Shown here: piece by piece, positions 15,261-24,000 of the stretch | Numbering within the stretch: the first letter of the stretch is position 1 | How the letters are laid out: each line of letters opens with the position of its first letter | Assembly (NCBI GenBank): GCA_038230735.1 | Contig: JBBRMR010000013.1 | Location: 58,095 to 82,094 of the forward strand | DNA: 24,000 nt | Source: Cytophagales bacterium | GTDB lineage: Bacteria > Bacteroidota > Bacteroidia > Cytophagales > Spirosomataceae | Reading direction: 5' to 3' | The notes under the pieces: generated by a model | The model's database searches: none | Seen by the model: the letters and a program-made list of their open reading frames with translations, nothing else | Told to the model about the DNA's origin: nothing | Translations under genes and position numbers: made by a program

Positions 15261-15797
15261 ATGATTAACAAAATCTTAATAACCCTTTTGTTCGTAAGTT
15301 CGTCAATCGGTGTAAATGCCCAAAATTGGAAACCAACTACGGCAAATGTATTCTTCAAACTCAAGATGTTGGGTTCAACCGTAGAGGGGAAATTCAAAGG
15401 ATTTTCAGGAACCTTGAAATTTGATGCTAATAATTTAGCTGCGTCAAGCCTGAATGCCACCGTAGATGCCACCACGATTGATACCGATAATAACCTCAGA
15501 AACAAGCACTTAAAAGAAAAGGAAGATTTTTTCAACGTTGCCAAATATCCCCTTCTGAAAATGAAGACTACTAAGATTGAAAAAGATGGCAATAACTTTA
15601 TAGGATATTTTGACCTCACGATGAAGGAGACCACTAAGTCAGTGAAAATTCCTTTCACCTTCAAACAGGAGGGAAATAATGCCACCTTCCAAGGGTCAGC
15701 CGTCATCAATCGCCGAGACTGGTCAGTGGGCGGGGGTACTTGGGGCATGAGCGATAATGTAACTTTCACGATTTTGGTTAATGCCGTGAGTCAGTAA
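15261..15797 (+). CDS. YceI-family (polyisoprenoid-binding) periplasmic protein
   Basis: Signal peptide, then FKLKMLGSTVEGKFKGFSGTLKFD...ATVDATTIDTDNNLRNKHLK...FFNVAKYP...INRRDWSVG. Confidence 0.8.
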   Translation: MINKILITLLFVSSSIGVNAQNWKPTTANVFFKLKMLGSTVEGKFKGFSGTLKFDANNLAASSLNATVDATTIDTDNNLRNKHLKEKEDFFNVAKYPLLKMKTTKIEKDGNNFIGYFDLTMKETTKSVKIPFTFKQEGNNATFQGSAVINRRDWSVGGGTWGMSDNVTFTILVNAVSQ

Positions 15798-15923
15798 ACA
15801 ATCGGGTGGCGAACCGATGTCAATAAAGTAGAAAATTAAATGAGATTCTGAGGGTTTTAGTTTTTTATTCACTCATTCTATCAGATTACGCACCCCGTTC
15901 ATCACTCAATCATTGAAAAAGAG

Positions 15924-16427
15924 ATGCTTCAAGAAACAAACATACAAATTATAACCCAACTAACTGATTTACTGAATGATATAGAATCATCGGTTTATAA
16001 AGATACCCTGCGTCCGTTGCATTATAGCACAACGGGGCAACACGTTAGGCACATTACGGAGTTTTATTTATGTCTTTTGAAAGGTTATAAATCGGGCGTA
16101 GTGGATTACGATGCCCGTGAAAGAAATCTTTTGATTGAAATTGATAAAAACTTCACGATTGAAACTTTGGAGAATGTTATTCAAGATTTGAAAAAACTAA
16201 AATTTGATAAATCTTTAATCCTGAACAGTAGTTTTGGAGGCGATGAGGGAATGGAAATCCCTACCAGCTTTTTTCGTGAATTGACGTATTTAATTGAACA
16301 TACCATTCATCATTTAGCCATCATCAAAATTGGATTAAACGAAGTTTATCCCGAAATAGAAATACCAAAAAACTTTGGGGTAGCACACTCGACAATTAGG
16401 TTTAAGGGGTTAGGAGTTGGGGGTTAA
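15924..16427 (+). CDS. DinB-superfamily protein
   Basis: Helical bundle with candidate metal-binding histidines (GQHVRHITEF ... EHTIHHLAII). Confidence 0.55.
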   Translation: MLQETNIQIITQLTDLLNDIESSVYKDTLRPLHYSTTGQHVRHITEFYLCLLKGYKSGVVDYDARERNLLIEIDKNFTIETLENVIQDLKKLKFDKSLILNSSFGGDEGMEIPTSFFRELTYLIEHTIHHLAIIKIGLNEVYPEIEIPKNFGVAHSTIRFKGLGVGG

Positions 16428-16527
16428 GAAAAAACTCAAACTTGTTATCATTTTTTATTTTGCTATTTGAAAACTCATCACTATAATCACCATTTACTTT
16501 GGGTAGCGTTTACTTTATTCGGCAAAA

Positions 16528-16550
16528 CCGTTTACCGTTTACCGTTCACC
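16528..16550. repeat. Tandem heptamer repeat CCGTTYA x3
   Basis: CCGTTTA CCGTTTA CCGTTCA CC lies directly upstream of the NRDE gene start. GCGTTTAC is also found at 16506-16513. Confidence 0.8.
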
Positions 16551-16562
16551 ATGTACCGAAAA

Positions 16563-17276
16563 ATGTGCGTATTAACCTACATACCTACTGAAAATCAAGG
16601 GTTTATCTTTACCAATAACCGAGATGAAGCCACGGCTCGCCCCAAAGCAATTCCTCCAAGAAAGTATATGATTGAGGGTAAAAGAGTGTTCTTTCCAAAA
16701 GATGCCCAAGCGGGTGGAACATGGATTGCCACTTCGGATAATTATACGATTTGCTTATTAAATGGATCATCAGAAAAGCATATACCAATGCCTCCTTATA
16801 GAAAAAGTAGAGGACATCTAATATTAGATTTTTTCAAGTTTGATACCGTGGATAATTTCATCGAAAATACTTCTTTTGAAGGTGTTGAAAATTTTACGTT
16901 GATAATTATTCATACCAAAAATAACCTACAAATCTGCGAATTTCGCTGGGATGGTAAGCAACTTTCCTATCAATCCAAAGACCCAAACCAAGCCCATATC
17001 TGGTCATCTTCAACGCTTTATGCGTCCGAAATCCGTAGTCAAAGAGAAGAGTGGTTTGCTGATTTTTTGAAACGAAATCCAAATTTTACCAAAGAACAAG
17101 TAGTAGATTTCCACCTACACGGAGGCACAGGCGATGCCCACAACGATATGCGTATTGACCGCAATGGCGAGTTGCTTACGCAGTGTATTTTCCAAGTAGT
17201 TCACCAAAATCAATATTTATCATTTTCCTTTCACGATTTACTGTCTGAACAGGAGTTGAGGTATCGGGTTTTGTGA
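16563..17276 (+). CDS. NRDE-family protein (TANGO2-like)
   Basis: MCVLTYIP...FTNNRDE. The family characteristically starts Met-Cys, so I prefer the ATG at 16563 over the track start at 16467. Confidence 0.75.
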   Translation: MCVLTYIPTENQGFIFTNNRDEATARPKAIPPRKYMIEGKRVFFPKDAQAGGTWIATSDNYTICLLNGSSEKHIPMPPYRKSRGHLILDFFKFDTVDNFIENTSFEGVENFTLIIIHTKNNLQICEFRWDGKQLSYQSKDPNQAHIWSSSTLYASEIRSQREEWFADFLKRNPNFTKEQVVDFHLHGGTGDAHNDMRIDRNGELLTQCIFQVVHQNQYLSFSFHDLLSEQELRYRVL

Positions 17277-17280
17277 TGGT

Positions 17281-17354
17281 ACGCAGATACTCTGTAACGC
17301 AGATTTTCACAGAGAAAAATATTTTTTTAAATCTGTGTTACGAAGTATCTGCGT
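17281..17354. repeat. Long imperfect hairpin (26-bp stem), possible terminator
   Basis: ACGCAGATACTCTGTAACGCAGATTT (17281-17306) pairs with AAATCTGTGTTACGAAGTATCTGCGT (17329-17354), with 1 mismatch and 2 G:U pairs. The arm contains ACGCAGAT twice. It starts 5 nt after the NRDE stop. Confidence 0.75.
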
Positions 17355-17444
17355 TGTCTGCGTTCCATTTATCCCCAATCTTGAACCAATCCAACAAAAC
17401 AAACCATTTTAAGCAAAATATATGGTAAAAATCCAAAAACAGAA

Positions 17445-17475
17445 TTGTTAATTTGAATTTTACCAAGTAATTTTG
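17445..17475 (+). promoter_or_regulatory. Putative Bacteroidota-type promoter for atpDC
   Basis: TTG (17445-17447), N20, TAATTTTG (17468-17475), which matches the TAnnTTTG -7 consensus. It implies a 5' UTR of about 90 nt. Confidence 0.35.
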
Positions 17476-17566
17476 CACCTTGAAATGATACGGGTTCGCC
17501 ACGTGCCTAATAATCAATTCATTATAAGGATTAATTGCAAAAATAAGAAAAACAAAATCACAATAA

Positions 17567-19087
<1,521 letters not shown>

Positions 19088-19161
19088 TTATGAATTATGA
19101 GTTCTGAATTATGAGAAGCAAACTTTTTCACAATTCATAACTCATAACTCATAATTCATAA
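19088..19161 (+). repeat. Long hairpin built from TTATGAR heptamers, filling the atpD-atpC spacer
   Basis: TTATGAATTATGAGTTCTGAATTATGAG (19088-19115) pairs with 19134-19161 (..ATTCATAACTCATAACTCATAATTCATAA). The outer 16 bp are perfect, and the 28-position stem has 2 mismatches and 1 G:U. The loop is 18 nt. Confidence 0.85.
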
Positions 19162-19171
19162 CTAAAAAAAG

Positions 19172-19402
19172 ATGCAATTAGAAATCATCACTCCCGATAA
19201 AAAAGTGTTCTCTGGCGAAGTAAGCGTAGTTACTCTCCCAGGTACAGACGGTTCTTTCCAAGTCTTGAAAGACCACGCACCCATCGTTTCAACCTTGGGT
19301 AAAGGCACTTTGGCGGCTGACAAACAAGAATTCACCATTGATGGTGGCGTTGTGGAAGTATTAAACAACAAAGTTCTGGTTTTGGCAGAAGCAGTATTGT
19401 AA
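19172..19402 (+). CDS. atpC: F1 ATP synthase epsilon subunit, short form (beta-sandwich domain only)
   Basis: MQLEIITPDKKVFSGEVSVVTLPGTDGSFQVLKDHAPIVSTL is a typical epsilon N-terminal domain. The ORF ends at 76 aa, so the C-terminal helical hairpin is absent. Confidence 0.9.
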   Translation: MQLEIITPDKKVFSGEVSVVTLPGTDGSFQVLKDHAPIVSTLGKGTLAADKQEFTIDGGVVEVLNNKVLVLAEAVL

Positions 19403-19432
19403 CGTAGCACGGGAATCCTTCCCGTGAGACTC

Positions 19433-19467
19433 AAACCACAAGTTCTTCGGAATTTGTGGTTTTTTTG
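19433..19467 (+). terminator. Rho-independent terminator of atpDC
   Basis: AAACCACAA (19433-19441) pairs with TTTGTGGTTT, followed by a T-run. It is preceded by a second small hairpin, CACGGGAA-TCC-TTCCCGTG (19408-19426). Confidence 0.8.
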
Positions 19468-19495
19468 TTTTCCATCGGATAAAAAGTTATTTTTG
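19464..19495 (+). promoter_or_regulatory. Putative Bacteroidota-type promoter abutting the start codon
   Basis: TTTG (19464-19467), N20, TATTTTTG (19488-19495), a full TTTG/TAnnTTTG consensus. The ATG at 19500 is only 4 nt after the -7 box. Confidence 0.45.
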
Positions 19496-19499
19496 TTTC

Positions 19500-19874
19500 A
19501 TGCAAACGCTAAACATAAATATAACCATCAATCATATCTATGAAGGATATAAGCCTCCAAAGTCGGTGGTTAATGATAATTTAGCTTATATTTTTCCAAA
19601 TGTTAAATTTGAAGAATCTTTACCTTACACTGACCATTGCTGCGACCTTGACTATCTCGGACACGTAGGCAACAAAGCCTTTGGAATACAGATTACAGGT
19701 GAAAATTATTCCCCCTCAGAACGCATGAAGGCGGGTTTTCAGGCTTTCACAGAAGATTTTGGCGGAAAGGTCTTTATCGTTTTTAGTAATGATGGAGAAG
19801 TTGGGAACAAGGGAATTATTGAAGAAATTAACCAAGAAATAATCAGATTAGCAGAACTCGCTGCCGCAAAATAA
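19500..19874 (+). CDS. Hypothetical protein
   Basis: Clean 124-aa ORF. No family recognised. Confidence 0.5.
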   Translation: MQTLNINITINHIYEGYKPPKSVVNDNLAYIFPNVKFEESLPYTDHCCDLDYLGHVGNKAFGIQITGENYSPSERMKAGFQAFTEDFGGKVFIVFSNDGEVGNKGIIEEINQEIIRLAELAAAK

Positions 19875-19883
19875 ACCCAAACC

Positions 19884-20345
19884 ATGACTATTCTAAACAT
19901 CTTTGAACCACAAACTACTGATAAATTGCTTCATCGCATCAGTGAACTTGCTCCCAATACTTATCCACTGTGGGGAAAAATGGATGTTGCTCAAATGCTG
20001 GCTCATTGCTGCGTAGCTTACGACCAAACATTTGATGAAAATACCAAACGCCCAAATACCTTTGTGAGGTTTATGCTTCGGATGGTGCTGAAAGATAGAT
20101 TGACCAATTCCACCACGCCCTATAAAAGAAATTCAGGCACGGCTCCTGCTTTTTTGATTACGGATGCCCGTGATTTTGAAGTAGAAAAGGCTCGTTTGAG
20201 TGAATATATCCAACGGGTTGAGAAATTAGGAGCTAAATATTTCGAGAATAAAGAATCTGCCTCATTGGGCAAATTGAACTCTTTTGAATGGAATAATCTC
20301 TTTTACAAACATCTTGACCATCATTTAAGTCAATTTGGCGTTTAA
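19884..20345 (+). CDS. DUF1569-family (DinB-like) protein
   Basis: [13 protein letters not shown] ... [14 protein letters not shown] is the C-terminal signature I associate with DUF1569. Confidence 0.65.
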   Translation: MTILNIFEPQTTDKLLHRISELAPNTYPLWGKMDVAQMLAHCCVAYDQTFDENTKRPNTFVRFMLRMVLKDRLTNSTTPYKRNSGTAPAFLITDARDFEVEKARLSEYIQRVEKLGAKYFENKESASLGKLNSFEWNNLFYKHLDHHLSQFGV

Positions 20346-20392
20346 AAATATTTGAAACTCCCCTAACAAAATCACACTATCCACGAAACCCA

Positions 20393-21607
20393 ATGCTTTA
20401 TTATTTATTCGATTACTTAGACAAACATTTCAATTTCCCAGGTGCTGGGCTATTTCAGTACATTACTTTTCGGGCTTTTGCGGCTACGGTAATGTCGCTC
20501 GGAATTGCGGCAATTTGGGGAAAAACTGTTATCAATCTTCTTAGAAAATTGCAAATTGGCGAAGACATCCGTGACCTCGGATTAGCAGGGCAAATGCAAA
20601 AGAAAGGTACACCTACTATGGGTGGTTTTATTATTCTTTTATCATTACTTGTACCAGTGCTTTTATTCGCCAAACTCCATAATATTTATATCATTCTCTT
20701 AATCGTAACCACGGTCTGGCTTTGTGCAGTGGGCTTTTTGGATGATTATATTAAAGTTTTCAAGAAAAACAAAGATGGACTTTCTGGTAAGTTCAAGATA
20801 GTCGGACAGGTTGGTTTAGGGCTTATCGTAGGGCTTACGATGTGGTTTAATGACGACATAAAAGTACGATTTTATGAGAAAGCCAAAATTGCCGCTAATA
20901 TTGGGGAAGTACGAAAATTTGAAGATACAAAATCTTTGATTTCTACAATTCCTTTTATGAAAAACAATCAGTTTGATTATAGCAATCTACTGCCCGATTT
21001 CTTGGGACTCGACCAATATACTTGGATTGTTTACGTGATTGTTGTAATCTTTATCATCACGGCAGTTTCCAACGGTGCAAATATTACGGACGGGATTGAC
21101 GGATTGGCTGCGGGAACGTCCATGATTATCGGAATTGGTTTAGCGGTGCTGGCGTATGTATCTGGGAATATAGTATTTTCACAATACTTAAACGTAATGT
21201 TTATTCCAAATTCAGGCGAACTGGCGGTGTTTTGTGCCGCCTTTGTGGGGGCTTGTATTGGGTTTTTATGGTATAATTCCTATCCCGCCCAAGTATTTAT
21301 GGGCGATACGGGCAGTTTGATGTTGGGTGGAATCATTGCCACGCTCGCCATCGTGATTCGGAAAGAATTATTAATTCCTGTCTTGTGTGGAATTTTCTTG
21401 ATTGAACTACTCTCCGTGATTCTGCAAGTCAGTTATTTTAAATATACCAAGAAAAAATTTGGGGAAGGTCGGCGAATTTTTCTGATGTCGCCTCTGCATC
21501 ATCACTTTCAAAAGAAAGGATACCACGAAGCAAAATTGGTAACTCGTTTCTGGATTATCGGAATTTTGTTAGTGATTATTTCGGTGGTTACTTTGAAGTT
21601 GAGGTAG
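20393..21607 (+). CDS. mraY: Phospho-N-acetylmuramoyl-pentapeptide transferase
   Basis: MLYYLFDYL...[47 protein letters not shown] and SPLHHHF. Confidence 0.92.
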   Translation: MLYYLFDYLDKHFNFPGAGLFQYITFRAFAATVMSLGIAAIWGKTVINLLRKLQIGEDIRDLGLAGQMQKKGTPTMGGFIILLSLLVPVLLFAKLHNIYIILLIVTTVWLCAVGFLDDYIKVFKKNKDGLSGKFKIVGQVGLGLIVGLTMWFNDDIKVRFYEKAKIAANIGEVRKFEDTKSLISTIPFMKNNQFDYSNLLPDFLGLDQYTWIVYVIVVIFIITAVSNGANITDGIDGLAAGTSMIIGIGLAVLAYVSGNIVFSQYLNVMFIPNSGELAVFCAAFVGACIGFLWYNSYPAQVFMGDTGSLMLGGIIATLAIVIRKELLIPVLCGIFLIELLSVILQVSYFKYTKKKFGEGRRIFLMSPLHHHFQKKGYHEAKLVTRFWIIGILLVIISVVTLKLR

Positions 21608-21626
21608 TTAAATATTTCCCGTTTAC

Positions 21627-21659
21627 ACTTCTCGAAAGCTCTTTCTACTTTCGAGAAGT
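21627..21659. repeat. Hairpin repeat unit (loop TCTTTCT) with a compensatory stem change
   Basis: ACTTCTCGAAAGC (21627-21639), TCTTTCT, ACTTTCGAGAAGT (21647-21659). Relative to the copies at 3991 and 4038, C6 to T is matched by G8' to A, which keeps the pair. It starts 20 nt after the mraY stop. Confidence 0.9.
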
Positions 21660-21675
21660 TATGCTTTCATATAAA

Positions 21676-21708
21676 ACTTCCCGAAAGTAGAAAGAACTTC
21701 CGGGAAGT
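21676..21708. repeat. Hairpin repeat unit, inverted orientation (loop AGAAAGA)
   Basis: ACTTCCCGAAAGT (21676-21688), AGAAAGA, ACTTCCGGGAAGT (21696-21708), with one A:C mismatch. It lies 16 nt beyond the stop of the - strand MBL gene. Confidence 0.9.
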
Positions 21709-21723
21709 TTTAGAAAAGTAGTT

Positions 21724-22620
21724 TTACTTCATCGTCAATTCCTCATAAGCCGAAGTTAAACTTCTTATAATGCCATCGCCTTTCATTTCGGTTACGCCCG
21801 TAACTGCGGTGTTTTTTATAAATTCTTCCTTCGATTTCCCTGCCTTTATTTCACCCTCGGTAAAGACCAATAATTTTTCTAAATAATCCTTAAAAACCTT
21901 GATGTCTTCTTTATCACCCGTAATTTTTTCGGGGTCAAAGGCGTGTCCGAATACGAAAATAGTTTCTTTATCGAAAGTATCGAGGGTTCTATCCAATACT
22001 GCAATCCAACTTTTGATATTCGCCCCTGCCGACCTATCCACAAAAGGATAACGGCGATTAAACATCAAATCGCCCATGTGAAGAATGTTGGCGTGTTCAA
22101 AATGGATAAGCGAATCACCGTTGGTATGTCCCGCTCCAAAATAGTGAGCTTTGATGCTTTCTTTGCCAACTTTCCCTTTCCACGTATCCGTAAAAGTTAC
22201 ATCAGGATATAATTGTTTGTCTTCAGTTTTAGCTTTTTGGGCAGTTGCTTGCTGATTTTTCAAAGAGTTTTCGTGAGCAACCACGTGTTCAACTAAGCCC
22301 TTGAAAGAAATATTTCCCGAAGAATGGTCGCCGTGATGATGGGTGTTTATCAATAACTTGATGGGCTTTTCGGACATCTTTTTCAACTCCGTAATCAGAT
22401 GAGTTGATTGTTCTGGAAATTGCGAATCCACTACGGCAAAGCCCCTTTTAGTTTGCAGGTAAGCAATTGTTCCGCCTTTTTCGGTGAAAACACCAACGTC
22501 TCCCCGCAACATTTTCATTTTGTACGGATTATCGAAAATGGTATTGCCGAAAGTTCGGTTAGATAAAGCCAATGCCCCGAAGGCAAGAGCGGAGTTTTGG
22601 ATAAAATTTCTACGGTTCAT
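21724..22620 (-). CDS. Tat-exported MBL-fold metallo-hydrolase
   Basis: Twin-arginine signal MNRRNFIQNSALAFGALALS. Metal motif HHHGDH, plus downstream His and Asp residues. Confidence 0.85.
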   Translation of the reverse strand: MNRRNFIQNSALAFGALALSNRTFGNTIFDNPYKMKMLRGDVGVFTEKGGTIAYLQTKRGFAVVDSQFPEQSTHLITELKKMSEKPIKLLINTHHHGDHSSGNISFKGLVEHVVAHENSLKNQQATAQKAKTEDKQLYPDVTFTDTWKGKVGKESIKAHYFGAGHTNGDSLIHFEHANILHMGDLMFNRRYPFVDRSAGANIKSWIAVLDRTLDTFDKETIFVFGHAFDPEKITGDKEDIKVFKDYLEKLLVFTEGEIKAGKSKEEFIKNTAVTGVTEMKGDGIIRSLTSAYEELTMK

Positions 22621-23344
22621 GTTTTTGATTTGAGATGAAATGATCGATTATGTTTGCTTGGTCATAAATCTACGAATCAATATCCATTGGGAGGATAAAA
22701 CTTTTGGGAAATGTACCTATTTTTTTAAAATTATCTATTTGATTAGCTCCCAAGCTACTCTTTCAAACCTTATCTCCCACAATTATCTCATAATAATATC
22801 AAACTTTAAGGATGTTTTTTTTCATTAGCTTTAGTAAGGGAAAATAAAAAAATATTTTTTCAAAAAATATTTGCAATTATTAATAGAATTATCCTAAAAA
22901 ATCATCTTTAATTTTTCACACTTAACAATCAAAAAATAGATTCTTCCAAGAATAACCCTTCCAAAATGTTTAAAAAATAAACAAATGGTAATTTAAAAGC
23001 ATCATTATTATTTCAATTCGATTTACCGAATAATAAATACAGCATTAGTGAAGATGAATTATCTTATGTTCATTGCATATTTGTACTCGTTATGATTTAT
23101 TAAACGGAAAACTCTTAAAAATTGAGTGAGTAGAAACATTGATTCCGTTTTGAATTAACCATAACCAAATAACCACTAACAGTATTTGCAAATCACTAAT
23201 TTGTCTCAAATACTAATCAAACAAAAAATCAGATTCGGCAACATTTATTGGTGAAAACTCATCAACAGGTCGATACTGCTCCCCTTACTAAAACTTAGTG
23301 TTTGGATTTTCAAAAATTGTAGAAACAATTTTAGTGGAAAAAGT

Positions 23345-23779
23345 ATGTCCATACTTTTTTATGAAAACATCATTACAGAATTACACAAACAGCTTGATTT
23401 ACAAATAATTAGCGTACAAATTAATAGTAAAACTATATCCCACATGAAGCCAATTTATACCGATTTTTTAAGCGTTGCCCGAGCTATTATCGAAGACAGT
23501 TTTGATGATGAGACCTTCGGATGTTCAGAATTTTGTTTTGCTCTTCGGATGAGCCGTTCACACATTCACCGAAAGTTAGTGGAAGAAACGGGGCTTTCCA
23601 TTTCCGATTTCATAAAGCAAATACGGCTCGAAAAGGCAAGGGAATTGTTGATGCAAACCAACTATCCCATCTACGAAATTGCCAATAAGGTTGGTTATTC
23701 CGATGCCAACTATTTCAGTCGCTCATTCTCCAAAATTTATGGAGTTTCTCCCTCGGTATGCAGACAAGCATCTGCATAG
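23345..23779 (+). CDS. Small AraC-family HTH protein (DNA-binding domain only)
   Basis: MSRSHIHRKLVEETGLSISDFIKQIRLEKARELL...IYEIANKVGYSDANYFSRSFSKIYGVSPS is the dual HTH of AraC/XylS. No sensor or dimerisation domain lies upstream of it. Confidence 0.8.
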   Translation: MSILFYENIITELHKQLDLQIISVQINSKTISHMKPIYTDFLSVARAIIEDSFDDETFGCSEFCFALRMSRSHIHRKLVEETGLSISDFIKQIRLEKARELLMQTNYPIYEIANKVGYSDANYFSRSFSKIYGVSPSVCRQASA

Positions 23780-23928
23780 TGTTCCGATTACGTCTTTTAT
23801 CCTAAATATATTTCTTATTAATTTTCCAAATACCAAGTTCATGAAAACATTTTTTACTTCCCGTCCATTTGATTTTTCAGGTTCTCTGACAGTTTTTGTG
23901 GAGTTATAAATTTTTCGTAATCTTGATA

Positions 23929-24000
23929 ATGGAAAAGATTACTTTTTACGAAGAATTACTCAATTTGCCATCGGTTGAAATACTTGATATTAAAATTGAT
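23929..24000 (+). CDS. Partial ORF running off the window, possibly an ISL3-like transposase N-terminus
   Basis: ATG at 23929, then MEKITFYEELLNLPSVEILDIKID with no stop before the window end. The LLxLPxxxIxxI..I pattern resembles ISL3 transposase N-termini. Only 24 aa are visible. Confidence 0.3.
   Translation, partial: MEKITFYEELLNLPSVEILDIKID

Noticed and set aside
15239-15769. 176-aa - strand ORF
   Set aside because: It is antisense to the YceI gene, which has clear family motifs, so it is a shadow ORF.
16467-16562. Upstream extension of the NRDE ORF (MKTHHYNHHLLWVAF…)
   Set aside because: It would translate the tandem heptamer repeat. NRDE proteins characteristically start with Met-Cys, which occurs at 16563.
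19500-19874. PD-(D/E)xK nuclease fold in the 124-aa ORF (CDLDYL … FGIQIT)
   Set aside because: The strand-like spacing is suggestive, but the catalytic Lys is absent (QIT rather than E/QxK). I cannot support it from sequence alone.
22640-22828. 62-aa + strand ORF in the AT-rich tract
   Set aside because: Ile/Asn/Tyr/Phe-rich translation of AT-rich DNA, running divergent-gene promoter space. It is not credible as coding.
23866-23873. ACTTCCCG half-site as a truncated member of the hairpin family
   Set aside because: The match is only 8 nt with no partner arm. About one such match is expected by chance in 24 kb on two strands.

Overview
This AT-rich window looks like chromosomal core DNA with Bacteroidota hallmarks. 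There are no Shine-Dalgarno sequences, TAnnTTTG-type -7 boxes are present, DUF4834, DUF5686, DUF2853 and SPOR proteins occur, atpDC is split from the rest of the operon, and epsilon is short. I support about 26 protein genes. In order they are an ArsR/SdpR-SdpI pair, an SF1 Upf1/IGHMBP2-like helicase, DUF4834, SPOR, DUF2853, rlmF, mqo and a DUF5686 protein. These are followed by a sigma-54 activator without a DNA-binding domain, an exported DM13 / beta-barrel / YceI trio, DinB-like, NRDE, atpD-atpC, DUF1569, an isolated mraY, a Tat-exported MBL hydrolase and a small AraC-type HTH protein. A partial ORF runs off the right edge and may be a transposase. I see no rRNA, tRNA or CRISPR array. I also cannot support a clear new multi-gene protein system such as a defence island. 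The unusual signals are mostly non-coding or below the ORF-track size cut-off: (1) an oriented, paired 33-nt hairpin family (ACTTCCCGAAAGT-TCTTTYT-ACTTTCGGGAAGT) at 3' gene ends, with one compensatory stem substitution; (2) several long AT-rich hairpins whose arms are built from tandem 7-8 nt sub-repeats, one of which fills the atpD-atpC spacer; (3) a frameshifted PIN-toxin relic with no start codon at the left edge; (4) a duplicated 30-bp palindromic operator in front of the SdpR/SdpI-like pair; (5) a candidate sigma-54 promoter about 6 kb from the orphan activator that lacks a DNA-binding domain; (6) -7 boxes that abut start codons, which implies leaderless mRNAs. All functional readings are inference from sequence and family knowledge. 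No database searches were run.
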